Below are positions 14,075 to 27,131 of a stretch of 64,000 bases of DNA, one piece after another. Both the position numbers and the translations under genes were made by a program. The notes beneath the pieces were generated by a model. The model was not told the DNA's origin. It did not search any database and was given only the letters and a program-made list of their open reading frames with translations. This DNA comes from Sarea resinae (taxonomy: Eukaryota): assembly GCA_026026165.1 (NCBI GenBank), contig JAPEUD010000005.1:124001-188000 (forward strand). Reading direction: 5' to 3'. Numbering within the stretch: position 1 is the first letter of the stretch; the number at the start of each line of letters is the position of its first letter.

Positions 14075-16459
14075 ATGTTCGGACTTGGCCAGAGGTCTCA
14101 GGCCGAGATTCTAGAACAAATGAGTCCGTCCATACTGGCTGCCAAGGCCGAGTCCATGGTCGCTCAAGCCGGCTTCAACAGTTCGAAGGTCGCCGAGCAA
14201 ATTCAGGTGATAGCCAGAGAGCTTCTGATTCAGGAGCGTCAAACCCAGATCTGGCGCAAGGATGTAAGTTTTGTCCTCCTTGCCTCTCATCTGACAATGC
14301 TTGAAGCAGCAGATGCCAGCTTAATTCTCGCTGACATCTTCGAATAGTTTAAAAAGGGCGTGAGCGACCTTTTGTTCTTTATACAAAAGGCTGAAGAAGA
14401 GAGGCCTCTTCACCTCTCTGAGCAAAAGCAGCTCGGAGAGCTGGAAGACCTCTACCACGCCGCCTGCGTGACTATCCTCCGTCTCATTAATGACCTGGAT
14501 ACCCGCTCGGGCAATTACTTCATGGACGAAGGATTCGTCCTTCACTCTCATGGCCTCGATGGCAAGGGCGCTGCCTCGCCCGTGACAGTGAAAGAATTGC
14601 GCACCGCCCTCGAGATCAAACTCGCCATCCTACACGACACCGAATTCAAACTCGAGATGGACGAAGCAGTCAAAGTCAAGACCCACCAAAAACGGCTTTT
14701 GAAGCATTACAATTTGGTCCCCAACTACGACGCGGAAAACCACACCGCCGAAACAGAGCGTGTCCTCCGCGAATCTCTTGAAAGACGTCGCTATCCTCCG
14801 CCGACTAGAGAGTCATCCTCGGGACTCGTCGATTGTCTCAATAAGCCCTCCTGGATGATCGCCACCGAGCTCCGCGAGAAATATTACCCACAGCTTGAAG
14901 ATGCCGCCTTGACCGAAGCAGCTATGATGCGCAAAAAGCAAGAAGAACGAGCCCGCGCCTTTCGGGTGAAAGCGCTGCATAAGCTCCTCGGGAAAGCGAC
15001 ATCCGAAGATGTGAAACTGATTGATGAACTTGGAGACGATATTCCTGAGTTCTGTCCTCCCGAACATGAATGTGAATGTGAAGAGGACTGCATCTGTTTC
15101 CCACTCTGCGAACATTCACCGCATCAGGATTGTCTTTGCAAGACGGACCCTTTTTTCAGCAGAGTGGCTTTGCAGGAGTATTGGGAGAAGAATCAGCAGG
15201 GCAGCGAAGGGTTCAAGCACCTGTTCGACGCCAGCAGCGAGTCGCTTGCACAGTTCCAGGTTGCCGCCTTGGCGATGAGAGATAAAGTGCCCGAGATTCC
15301 GTTTGGTGCCGCACTCGAGTCTGTCGAGGAGATTATGCGCGAGATGGAGAGGGACATGTCGAGGCGCAAAGAACGCGGCGATTCCGACATGGTCGACATT
15401 CCCGCCAGCCTCCTTACCAGAAGCAAGGCTCAGACCCGTCTCGCCATAGAGACTGCACAGAAAGAGGAAGTGCCCGATTATGAGTCCGATTACGAGGATG
15501 AGCAGGAAGAAGATGACGGCGGCGAATGGACAACATCCGAATCAGATGAAGAGGATGACGAGCCTGAAACTCCGACTGTCTCCCAATTTCAACCTAGCCA
15601 GCAATCCCAGCCCCTACCTAAGCTGCTCTCAAGCAAAGTGTATCAGACACCGACTAAGCCCGCCCCTGTGCCTGCTACTGGCAATCGCGACAATGGCAGA
15701 TTCTCAATCTACGGCAAGGACGGAGCGGTGGCCCGGTATTCCTGGTACCGAGACCCGCCCACTCCTCCCCCGAGCTATCACACCAACCTCAAGGCCAATC
15801 CCAATGGAGGAGCAAATGCTGCCCACGATATCACTTCGCACGCCGACTACCGCACCGGCAGTCCGACCCGCCAAAGCCAACAACGTCCCGATTCCCAGCG
15901 CCGTCCGAGCTTTCCAGCCCGCTTCATCACGGCCGGCTCAATGGAAGTGACTTCTTGGGGCCACGCCCTGCCGCCACTCGAAGGCACCAGCACCGTGAAA
16001 AAGGAGTACCTACTCTGCCCCACCGTCTATAAGCCTCCCACGCCACACTTCACCCTCGTGTCAGACGCGCCGACGGATACCGCATCAGTGGCTACGCAGA
16101 CAATAGCTGCAGTGCAGACCCAGAACCACCACAGCATCGAGTCGCAAATGCGGGTTCAGCGTGGCAGCGGGAGCTCTAGCTCTAGCTCAACATCTCGCTC
16201 CAACACCAGCTGCAGCGCCAACGCCAACATCAAAGCCAAACCCAATGCAAACCCGACCAAGTCAAAGTCCGTGTCCCGCTACAACTCGTGGTACGATGGC
16301 GCGCACCTGATCGGCGACGGCGAGGACTACGACGACAGCCAGGACAGCGCCGAGTCGAATCCGCGCGAGCGCAAGAGCATGCGAACGCTTCGCTTCAAGA
16401 AGTCGGTCGTGGGGCTCGGCAAGAAGATGTTCGGTCGGCGCAGTTCGTCGGATGAGTGA
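14075..16459 (+). CDS. Hypothetical protein with Cys/His-rich cluster and acidic/disordered C-terminus
   Basis: Exon 1 from ATG 14075 to a GTAAGT donor at ~14263; acceptor (CTGAC...TAG) at ~14347; then a ~700-codon open frame to TGA 16459. Confidence 0.75.
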
Positions 16460-16735
16460 TCGGGGGACATGGAAGGCGGATGGGGTGGGAGGGGAGACCA
16501 AGGTGCCTTGAGTACTTGCCTGCTTCTTTACTCGCTCTCGTTCGCATCTCGATCGCTTCACGCGGGTCTTTCTTGACTGGCTTTGGTGGAGGATATCTGA
16601 GATATATTTATGCGGAGAGAAGAAAGGAGGAAGTGGATGATGAAAGCATATGGGGCGGCGAACATATCCTCTGCTCTCACGTTACGTCAAGCTACGATAT
16701 GATAACGCATAATGCATTACATGACAGACGCGCGG

Positions 16736-16779
16736 CACGGGACGGGACGGGACGGGACGGGACGGGACGGGACGGGACG
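16736..16779. repeat. (GACGG)n pentanucleotide microsatellite
   Basis: About 8 tandem copies visible. Confidence 0.9.
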
Positions 16780-17449
16780 AATATGGCTTCATTTGCTAGC
16801 GAAGAACCAAAAACAGGAGGAAAGAAAAGCACACGTGGGCGACTGACTCGGGATCATCCAAACATCTCGCTCGCTCGAGGTCCGATCTTTTCGATTTTTC
16901 TCTTTCATTCCCTTTTTCTGTTTTTCTTTTTTCCTTTTCATCTAGCTTACTTACCTAGCTTTGAGAACAAGAAATGATGGCGTCAGTCTAGCTTACTTGT
17001 TGACGAAATGAACCACGCCCTCGAGTCAAACAGGTATGAAGATAGGAAGCAGAATGATAGATAGATAATCACGGTAAATAGAGATCCCATCACATTTCCT
17101 CGATATGACATGGCCAAGGGCTTATGATGAGGCCCAACGACGACTTCGATCCCCGTGACGCTTTTCCAGATCGGACATGTTATCGTGGAAAGTCCCCGCC
17201 GCGCTGGCTTAGCCGGTATCGTGAATCCGGGAAAGATTGTTGTCGTTGCGTGTGTTTGCATTGCATAGCATAGCTTAGTCGTAGTGGTAGTAGTAGTGCT
17301 TTCGTACTGCATCGATGCCACCAAAGGCTTTAGAAATCTATGAGGAAACCACACACTACACACGGATTGGGCGCGGCAAGAAAAAAGGTATAGATGACAT
17401 TGCATGGCGATTAATAGATCATACAGTCAGTGAATTGAACAATACTGTA

Positions 17450-20400
17450 CTAGATGACAAGCCAGCGATCCGTGATCCGCTTCGCCTGGTCCGTCTGCCC
17501 GCTCAGATAGAAGATACCCTGTAAGGCCAACGCAGCCTCGGGTGCGAAATCCTCCGGGTCGCTGCGCCGTCCGGCTTCGTCGGCATCACCGGCGTGAGTC
17601 CGCTGGATCTTCTCGCTAAGTTCGAGACAGCGTTCATAGTATGGGATAGCGAGGTGATTCAGGCCCAGCATGTGGAAGGCCCGAGCGACGTTGAACTCGG
17701 CCTCCTGCTGCAGCTGCAGCAGAGGAGAGGCTTTGTGACAGTCGTAGTAAGTAAACAGGAAGGAAAAGCCCTGCATGATGAGATAGTGGCGGTTATCGGC
17801 TTGGCGCTTGAGACCGTAATGGATGTAGCTGAGGGCGAGGAGGAGGTTGATGGTTGGGTTTGCAGGATCGAGCGCGTAGGCGCGATAGAAGTAATCTATT
17901 ATCGACGTGATATGTTAGCGCGCTTCTTGAAGAAGAAAGGGAGCGTCTCACTCAGAGCAAAGGCGTAGCTCGCTCCCGCGTACAACATGCTTCCGTACAG
18001 CATCAACAGAGACGTGTCCATCTCGTCCGATATGATGGGCTCGCCCTGTTCATCCTTGGCGGCATTCGACGTTCTTTCCTGATACTCGGCTTCCTTCTTC
18101 TTGTCGCCAACAAGGGCAAAATCCATGGCTTTCACCTGTCTCAGGACGAACTTCTGCGACGGTCCTGCATTGTACCACGATCCTTGCCCTCTGTAGAGTC
18201 TGTTCAGAGCGCCAAAGAGACGGTACGTGTCGGTCGCGGAATTGTATTCTTTCATAAACCAGCGGGCAATCGTGCACATCGTTTCTTCATCATTTGCATA
18301 GAGTGCACAAGCTAGACGCTCGTTAGTGCTGCCTTTCTTTGCGAGGCGGGGCAGGGGCAGCGGTGGGAGCTGGGTACTTACTGAACCAACAAGTATGTAT
18401 CATGAACATTGACTCGGGAGAATGGTAAAAGACGTTGGCATCGGTAGCCGCCGAAAGAATCTCGTACGCGTCTTGAACCTTGTTGATTTTCGCCGTACAT
18501 ATAGCATACTCCAGGAATATATCAAGCCAAACATCAAAGGGAATGCCGCGATAGTCCTGAGGGATTGGTTGATTTTCCGCTGCCTGTCCATTATCTTCTT
18601 CTCTATCTAGAGAATCATTAGTCAGCGATCATATTGAAAGGGGAAGATCTTACTAAGAGTCTCTTGTAGTCTCCCGGCCATAGCCTCTACTTCATCCATT
18701 GCCTCGCTATTCTTGGGCTTCAAAGCCCTCTTTCGCGCCTCCGCTGAATATCCCAGAAATTTGATGTATTTGTCCCAAGGAAACAAAGTTTTACACGTCC
18801 GAAATTCATCGGTCAGTTCTCGGGCAGTAGCCATCCATTCCTTCATGGCCGTTTCATCCCCCGCACGCATAGAGTCCTGCACGGCCTGTAGTCGGACATA
18901 AAGGACCTCGACATTCTCGTCTCGAATGCGTTCCCGCTCTTGCTTTGCAGCTGCGGTTTGGCTAGGGCCTTGTCTCTTCTTCGACTTTTCGCGATTAGGC
19001 AGGATTGTGGGAATTAGTGCGGCCAATTCTTCCGTTGTGGTAACTTTGCTGACTCCCTCCCTGATGCTTTGATTTGCGATATCTTTTCTCCCAAGGAGGA
19101 TCACTTCGTTGACGTAATGGAATGCTTCTTCAGATCTCCCGAGATCTTCGTACATCTTGGCAAGCTGAACACGAGCATTGATATTGTCGGCATCGTTTTC
19201 AATGATGGTCTGATAGCACTCTTCAGCTTCAGAGGTAAGGCCAGCAGCTCGGTAGCACTGGGCCATAGCTGTATAGAATGCGGCATCTGTGTAGTCGCCG
19301 ACTTGTTGTAATGGTTCATAGAATCGGAGAGCTTCATCATAGAGGCCTTGCTCGCTCAGAGCATCGGCAACGTCCCTGAAGAGATCAGGGTAATCGAATA
19401 CTTTCGCGCCTGGCTCACTCTGCTCTGGCTCAAGCCAGCCGAAATGGTCCTGACCTTGTCTTAGCAATCACCACGATCAAAATGTTGAGGGCTCTTACCA
19501 ATGCTTCCGCCCATTGTCCTTCCCCGAGCTTTAGACGGTACATGCCCATCTTTACTCGCAATTCAAGGGGAAGGCCTTCCCCATATTCAGTCTTGTCGTA
19601 TTCCCCGGGCTGGAACTCTGATATCTCTACTCTCCGTGGCTCATCCTCATAGTCCCATTCCCGATCATCTTGCTCGACCGTGTCCCAGTAATTCTCGTCC
19701 TGTCTGCCAAGCAGCCACCGAGAGAGTGACTTCAATTCGAAGATCCCTTCGGCGTACCGCTCGAGAAACCCGAATAGTTCGACATATATGTTGATATCGG
19801 ACCAATCAAAGTCCGCGTCCTCGACATTTTCCGCGGACCGAAAGTACGGGATGGCTTTTTGGTAGTGTGCAAGCGCCCTCCCGGCTTGCTCCATGTCGAT
19901 ATAGACCTCCGCAATATGGCGCAGAATGTTCGTGTCGTGTGGCTCTAACTTGATCATCTGCTCATATTCTTGCGCTGCCCTACCGCTGTATCCAAGCTCC
20001 CGGTTGATAGCGGCTCTCCCATAGCGGGCTTCCATGTCCTTTGGGTTTGCCCTTATGATCTGACTGTAACATTGCAGAAGCTGTTCATAGAAAGGTGATC
20101 GGTCACCTCCAGCACGCTCAAGAGTCAAGCGCACAATCTTCCACCACAATGAAGTGTCTTTCGGCTTTGTAACGGCCCCAGCCATGAGCACAGTGAGACT
20201 TGCTTGCTTTTCTCCTTTGGCCAGATGGATTTCGGAGAGTAAGGAATACGGTGCGAAGATCTCGCTGTTGACATGGATCGCCTTTAGTGCAAATTCGGTG
20301 GCCTTGTCAAAGTCATATCCAATGAATGCATTCGTGGCTTTCGATTGCAACAATTTGAACTCGTTGCTTGGCTCTACCGGCTTACGAGGACCTCTTCTGC

Positions 20401-20984
20401 CCCCTCTTCTGCCACCTCGACCGCCTCGAATCCCTTGGACGTCGCCTCGAGGTCTTCCACGAGCACCGCCACTCTTTCTGCCCGGCTCCGACGCGAAGTC
20501 ATCGGAGTCTTCAGACCCCAGACCAGACTCCATTTCTGACGCATTAGAAGACTCCCTATAGAATTGGTCAGCGACGATCACTTTCCAGTAGAGAAATCAC
20601 CGCTTACGCGTTGCCCTCTTCGAGCGGATCGAAGTCAGGATCTTCAGACGAGTCATCGACCGGTGCAGAGGGGAGGTCGTCCATTGTGACATCTTCATCT
20701 TCTTCCGGCTTGAATCGTCCCAAAGGGTGGCCCTGCAGATCTACTGGCACATCAATCTGCGCGTCTAGCTCCTCATCCAGATCTTCGTCTTCGTCGTCGT
20801 TTTGAGGAACGAAGCCTTCGTGCACGACGGGGCCAGAACCGGGAAAGTACCCATAGCTTTGATCGTGCTCGTATTGGTCATTGTTGGATGATTCCCACCA
20901 AGAATAAGGGCGTGCAAAGCCCAAGTCCGGGTCGTTTGGGGAGCCATCGTATTCATCATCGACGTCGTCGTATATGTTGTCCAT
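17450..20984 (-). CDS. TFC4: RNA polymerase III transcription factor TFIIIC TPR subunit (Tfc4/Sfc4/tau131), multi-exon
   Basis: Acidic N-terminus and many TPRs; GLPLELRVKMG; C-terminal LMLYG...YAFAL..YFYRAYALDPANPTINL..ALSYIHYGLKRQADNRHYLIMQGFSFL...QEAEFNVARAFHMLGLNHLAIPYYERCL. Exons come from ORFs 20604-21056, 19430-20581, 18622-19467, ~18320-18607, 17899-18279 and 17450-17890. Confidence 0.88.
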
Positions 20985-22492
20985 TCTCTCGATCAAAGAG
21001 TGGCTTGTCATCCACCCGCGAATCCCAGTCCGACTGTTGCATCTGACGATATACAAGCCATGAACTTTAGATCCGATCTGTCGAACGAATTACGCCTGCT
21101 GTTCACTTATGCTGCAATGGAGGACTAAGCTGGATGAAGTTGAAAACGGACTCGAAGAAAGCATCTCCATCCTCTCTACACGTCCGCGAATGTTCACTTC
21201 AGGTTGGGTACAAGTATCTAGTAGCTTCGTCCATCATCTGGCTATCTTATCTATCTTATCTCAATCCACTCATCGTTATCAGATGGTCTATCGATAATCA
21301 TACTACGGTACGTAGTAGGTACCTTGAGCCTTGAGCCTTCGCATGCTGAGAGCAGAAAGACTCCAGCGGTTCTATTTTTAAACCGAACAGTCTGACATCT
21401 TGCTGTCAATACTGCGCAGGAGGTGTCTTCCTATTGTCATTCGCTTCGTGTATCAATAGAGTAAGTGATGAAGAAGATGGAGACTCTCTCTCCAGCTCGA
21501 TCGTCACGCTTCTTGCCTTCCTACCCACATACATACCTACCTTGGGTAGTACTACGTAGTACTACCTCCACCGTCTCCAGCCTCGGTCCGTCACCAGCTG
21601 GAATCCGTCGCAGGCAGCCACAACGTGAAAGCAGCGACGATCGAGGGCTCCGCACCCGGCGGGTGAAACAAGAGAGCCGGCACGAGCGAATGGCGGCTAA
21701 GGTACTCCGGAGTACTCGTCTTTATCCATGATGGATCCAATGTGGTCTCAGACCATCAGGGCCGAGAGCCCCGAGGGCATCCCTGATGGGCATGTACGAG
21801 CCCGAGGTATTCGTACCTCAGACCCATGGATCTCTTTCAGGCCACGGTTTACGTACGACGCACGAATCGATAGGTGTCCACGGGTGTCTCCGTACATGCC
21901 TGAGTAGGACGCATCAGCACGGTATGAAGTACTGCGCAGTAAGGCCGTCATCATGGTACTCGAGATGATGCGCCGAGTCGTCGTGAACTCGTGGCTTCCA
22001 TTCTTTGTCTGGCCTCCACTCTCCCTCGAATGTTCGTAGTTCGTACGCAATACTAGTAGGCACTGTTTGCGGATACATGCAGCAGCATCCAGGATCCGTC
22101 CCGAGCTCTTCTTTGTACTCGTACCCCACTGGGCCAAGGCTTCGAGATCAAGACTCGAGCATTCGGCGACTCTTCTGTGCACCACGCACCACCCACTGTA
22201 GAACTACTCTTTTGGAGGTGAATGGATACCAAAGTGTAACTTCGATCCCGCACCCTAGGTAGTTGATCGTATCCTATCGTATCTGCCTATCCTATTGATC
22301 CGTGCTCTCTTCCTCTTCCCTTTCTTCTTCAATCTTCCTCTTCGACCTTCTTCCCATCTACAGTTGCTTTCCATTGATCTACCCTGCCTGACCTTACCTC
22401 ATCGGACCTCACCTTACACTTTCCATCACTCCTCTCATCTCACATCATCTCACCATCCTCAGCCCCCACCTCTCGTATCGTTTCCATTCAAC

Positions 22493-22546
22493 TTCCAGTT
22501 CAACTTCAACTTCAACTTCATCTTCATCTTCATCTTCATCTTCATC
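22493..22546. repeat. (TTCAAC)n(TTCATC)n compound hexanucleotide repeat upstream of VTS1
   Basis: Visible tandem hexamers. Confidence 0.85.
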
Positions 22547-23172
22547 TCGTCTTATTCCCAAGAGCTCTTCGATTCTGGACCTGGATCGTAACTGGTCCCT
22601 CGATCCTACCTCTGGTGGCGTTGCCTGCCACTCGTTGTGTGCATATCTCTCGGCCTTTTCCGCCATCGCCATAGAGCGCCATACCCGCATTCACTTTCAC
22701 TTCAAAAGGGCCGATTCCACGATTGTGGCTGGTATTCCGACTTTCTTCGCTCTGGACACTTCCCGGACCTAATAGCAGTGAATAGACGAACCCCAGTCGA
22801 CTGCCCTGCCCAGCTTGGAAGTTTACCGACGAAACACTTAGTTCTTCGCTAGTACTCCGACTGTGTTCTGCCTTCCGTGCCGACCACAGCCCTTCAACCA
22901 TCATCTTCTCTCTCCCCTGGACACAGTCAACCGACGGCGAAGCTCCTTTGAGGTCAGCAGGTACTGCAGGAGTCCTTCACGATATCGAGTCATCTCGAGT
23001 CAGCCGCCTCCTCCAAGAATATTCTCTTCGAAGCCCTACTCCCGATTTATCTTACGATCTACGATTCCCTACCTACCCACGATCTATTTTTGGAAACGTC
23101 AACTCCGTTTCCCCCAGAATCTTCAACCAGCCAGCCTAATACGTTCGACGGTCGTCTTTACCACCTATCAAC

Positions 23173-25152
23173 ATGTCTGCTAGTCATCTAGTCGGCAACC
23201 GGAACAGCACTCCGGAAGCCTCTAATTCATCGCTGCGTCCGCCGTCCTCTCGTGCAATTGGCTCGGGGCATCACCTTCGCGCTTCGGCCGATATGTCTGC
23301 TTTCTCCTCGTCTCCACTATCGAGTAGAGGCATTCGACCCTCTTCAGAGGTTTATTTCAACCATGGGCAATCTCAAGCTCAGAATAGTGCCGATGATGCC
23401 ATGGACCGAGCGGCCCAGCAGTGGATTGCAGATATCGACCAATATGAGACGACTCTGGAGGAGATGGCAGCAGCTACTCTTGATCAAGACTTCAAGGACG
23501 AGCTGAGCGCCATTGAACAATGGTTCCGAGTCCTCAGTGAAGCGGAGAGGACCGCCGCTCTGTACGCTTTACTGCAGCAGACCACTCAAGTTCAAATTCG
23601 TTTCTTCATTCAGGTCTTGCAGCAGATGGCGAAGAGCCATCCGATGTCCGGTGTCCTCTCCCCGGCTAACTTTGGCGAGAAAGGTATGACTTCGGGACTC
23701 GAGCTACTGTGACCCCGACTGACTTGTATTAGATCCGATGTCTAATCGATTGAGTGATGCTATGAGCAAGCTCAATGTCGAGCCGTCTCGCAACTCTCTG
23801 GGTCGACCTCCTCCATCCCCGGGAAACAAACGCAACTCTGGTCTTGATCCATCGACGATCAACGCAATGTTTCCAGATGCGGCGGCTGCTATAGCAAAGA
23901 AGAAGGCCGAGTTCACGCAGCAGACCGGAAATACACCTGGGTCGAACCGCAATAGTGCCGCCTTTGGTGATCGGTCTTCTCTCGTTGCTCCCACTATATC
24001 CGCACCAGGTGATGGCAAAGACAACCTCCCACAGCCTCCGTCCTCTCCTTGGGGCCCCCGGAACAATGAAAACCAGCAGCCCATTGCCCGTCCCAAGTCC
24101 TCTTCCGAGCAACAACCGCCCATGGGTCAATTTACGCAGCCTCCTCCTTCCGCCGGTCTTCGATCTCCTCGGCCATCCGCAGTATCCGGAAATACCAACA
24201 TGCAGACTACAACCCTGAATGCGCCAGACCATCACAATGATCTGCCCATCCTGTCTCCCTACAATCCTGGAAATGCTAGCTGGGCATCCCTGACTAATAC
24301 GCCGATGGTCGCCAATTTTGGTCAGTCGGGTGTCAACCAAGCAGACATGGTTGCCAACGCCACCGCAATGAAGCTTGCTGCCATGTCCACCGTCAATAAT
24401 CGGATCGCTCTCGACGATGTTAGAAAGTACCGCCGAAACCGATCTGCTGAAGGTCAAGGTTCAATGGGAGCTCAACAACCGCTATCTCCTGGTCTACCGG
24501 TCTCGAATCTGCAAGCCGCCAATCTTCCAGGTGCCAACATTGTCATGGTGAACGAGCATGGGCAAGTGCTCTCTCGTGAGCAGGTGGCAGCGCTTCAGGC
24601 CCAGCAGCAGGCTGCGATGGCTGGTCGACGTTCGCGTCCTAGCAGTCCCGGCCTTGCGATGCAGGGAGCTGGCCTTGGTGGTCTGAACTTTACCTCTCCC
24701 CAGAACAATGGCTTCCTGTCCGCATATGATGGGTCTGGCCCTCTACTCAATAATGGGATGACGGGTCTCAACCTCAGTCAATACGGGATGGGACACAACG
24801 AAGGCTATCTCTCCGATCATTCTGAGATTGCCCGAGGCAGATCTCCGCGGGGCAGAAGAGGCAGCTCAAAGCCCCCAGAGGACCCTACAGACCCTACATT
24901 GCTTCAAGACATACCAAACTGGCTACGTAGCCTACGTTTGCACAAATACACGGACAATCTCAAAGACTTGAAATGGACCGACTTGGTCGAGCTGGATGAT
25001 GAAGGACTTGAGAAGAGGGGCGTTAATGCACTTGGAGCGAGGCGCAAGATGCTCAAGGTATGACCTGATACTGAATCCATGCGTGCAGAAATTAATAAGC
25101 CCGACAGGTTTTCGAGCAAGTCAAGGAAGCCAAATCCGAAGGAAAATTGTAG
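23173..25152 (+). CDS. VTS1: Vts1/Smaug-family SAM-domain RNA-binding protein
   Basis: [35 protein letters not shown] and SAM domain [56 protein letters not shown]. Introns 23684-23732 and 25058-25107. Confidence 0.93.
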
Positions 25153-25764
25153 TGCATCATGCAGCATCAAGCAGATCGCTTCTCTTTCACTGTATCCAGC
25201 ATATCAACGATCTCTTCCATCAGCCCTTTACTATGTCTGTCGGATAATGAAGTGTTTGAGCGGAGTCTTGTTACCGTCCACCGTTCTCGAACTGATTGGT
25301 TTGGGTTCTGAAGCGCAAAAGCGTATTGATGGGTTTACGTGGACGAGCGGCATGTGTGTTGAAATCGGAAGCGGGCCATTGCTTCATACTCATCTGGTCA
25401 CACCATTCCTATCTTAATGTCTGATCTTTGACGCTCTCTCCGTTCAAGGCCCTTGGCTTCTACACAGTTCAGATAGCTTGCAATGATGAATGGGTTGGGA
25501 AATGAATAAAAACACAAAAAAAACACTCATCAGTAAAAGACTGCCTTTTCCGTGGTGAACTGAATTTTCTTTGTTTGCCGACGGCCTGAGGATTTAGCCT
25601 CTTAAAATGGCCACAAAGCTACGAGGTAATCCGAGGACCACACATTGATATGTCTACCTTGCCAGAATATTGAACGCTTTCAAATGGCAATGACCGCCAC
25701 AAACGCCCCAACAGCATTGAAACGATAAGTACTCATCCGACCAGCCTGATTCGGGGGTTGTGTC

Positions 25765-26775
25765 TCAGAGCTTCGCCTTTGGTGAACCGTCATCTCCAGC
25801 AGCCAATCGTCTCGGGACCACCACGGCCAAACCCTCTCCTACACCCTCAGTCCGAATCTCGACCTCTTGGCAATCCTCGTCGCCCACGCCATTGGCGAAT
25901 TGCACCACGACAAAGTCGATCTTCTCTCGCCCCAGCACTACCATCGGCGCGTGCCAGGTCCCCGGCCCATACGTCACAGCCTGTGAACCGCGCGCAAGAA
26001 ACGCTCGGGCATTGGCCAGGTCGGGCAAGCCGGGGCCTTTGGCTGCCGCTGCTGCTGCTGAGGTGCTGTGCTCGTGCGGAGTGGGCGGCTCGGCGGAATT
26101 GGTGAAAGGCGATGGGCGGGCAGACGAGAAGATGTCTTTGAGACTGCGTCTCCGTTTCCGGGGTTGTGGGACCGGGTAGGGTGGGGGTCTGTTGCTGCTG
26201 CTACTACTACTACTCCACGAGGCAGAGGCAGAGGCTTGCTTTGAGATCGGGAGCGTGGGCGCCACGATGACCAGATAGCTCGTCTCGTTGTCTCGAGCGG
26301 CCAGACCGACCGGGATGAATGTTTGCGAGGTGAAGGGATGTCGCTCGAGGATTCTGACGTCAAACAGTCCCTCGATGTCGTCGTCTCTTCCAGTAGACCC
26401 TCTGGCTTTTCCACTTTCGTCTTGTAAGGACAATGACGGTGGACTGGTATCCGGTCTCAGCTCCCGCGGCGCGCACACGAACATGTTCATGACCGCCTTC
26501 CCGCGCTGCCCACTTGATGCCGCCCCATACAGATCTGCCATCTGCGTCACGTCGACATACTTCAGGGCCGTGCCTTGATTCGCTGATACTGCCACGGGAG
26601 ATGTCGAGGAGGAGGGTGCGTTTCTGCTGGCTGCGACGCTCTGGTGTGGGGATTGGGGGTGCGTGGATGACGAGCGGCCAGGATTCTCGATGACGGTGCC
26701 AAAGGGCGCAAAGGAGGATTGTGTGAGAGGCTCGATGGGGATTCGGAGCGAAGGACTGGGAATCGAGGGAGCCAT
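25765..26775 (-). CDS. DAL3: Ureidoglycolate lyase/hydrolase with C-terminal PTS1-like AKL
   Basis: IEPLTQSSFAPFGTVI, SANQGTALKY, ILERHPFTSQTFIP, YLVIVAP and QAVTYGPGTWHAPMVV are typical DAL3/AllA motifs. Confidence 0.92.
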   Translation of the reverse strand: MAPSIPSPSLRIPIEPLTQSSFAPFGTVIENPGRSSSTHPQSPHQSVAASRNAPSSSTSPVAVSANQGTALKYVDVTQMADLYGAASSGQRGKAVMNMFVCAPRELRPDTSPPSLSLQDESGKARGSTGRDDDIEGLFDVRILERHPFTSQTFIPVGLAARDNETSYLVIVAPTLPISKQASASASWSSSSSSSNRPPPYPVPQPRKRRRSLKDIFSSARPSPFTNSAEPPTPHEHSTSAAAAAAKGPGLPDLANARAFLARGSQAVTYGPGTWHAPMVVLGREKIDFVVVQFANGVGDEDCQEVEIRTEGVGEGLAVVVPRRLAAGDDGSPKAKL

Positions 26776-27040
26776 CGTTTACGCGTAGTTGTAAGTGTGC
26801 CCACGCTCTATTTGGAAGCCTTTTTGTTGATTGCTGGTGTCATAGTTTGGCTAACACCAAGCCGACTTGAGGGGTACTACCTGTACCCGGGATACAATTA
26901 GATGTCTGAATTATCAAAGATAAGATAAAACACACGTAAGGACAAATAAAAAGTTCTCTTCAGAGTAATTAATTCCTGCTAATGTCATTAAAAGCATCGT
27001 GAGCAAAAGAATCTCCTAGCAAAAAGAACAGAAAAGAAAT

Positions 27041-27131
27041 TGACCAAGGGGAGGTTCGAACTCCCGACCTTCTGCGTGTACAGGTTGTTACGCTGTTAAG
27101 CAGACGTTATGACCAACTAAACCACCCGGCC
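27041..27131 (-). tRNA. tRNA-Val(AAC) with 17-nt intron (copy 1)
   Basis: GGCCGGG-TG-GTTTAGTTGGTCATAAC-G-TCTGC-TT-AAC-A-[GCGTAACAACCTGTACA]-C-GCAGA-AGGTC-GGGAG-TTCGAAC-CTCCC-CTTGGTC-A, followed by T-rich terminator. Confidence 0.93.
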
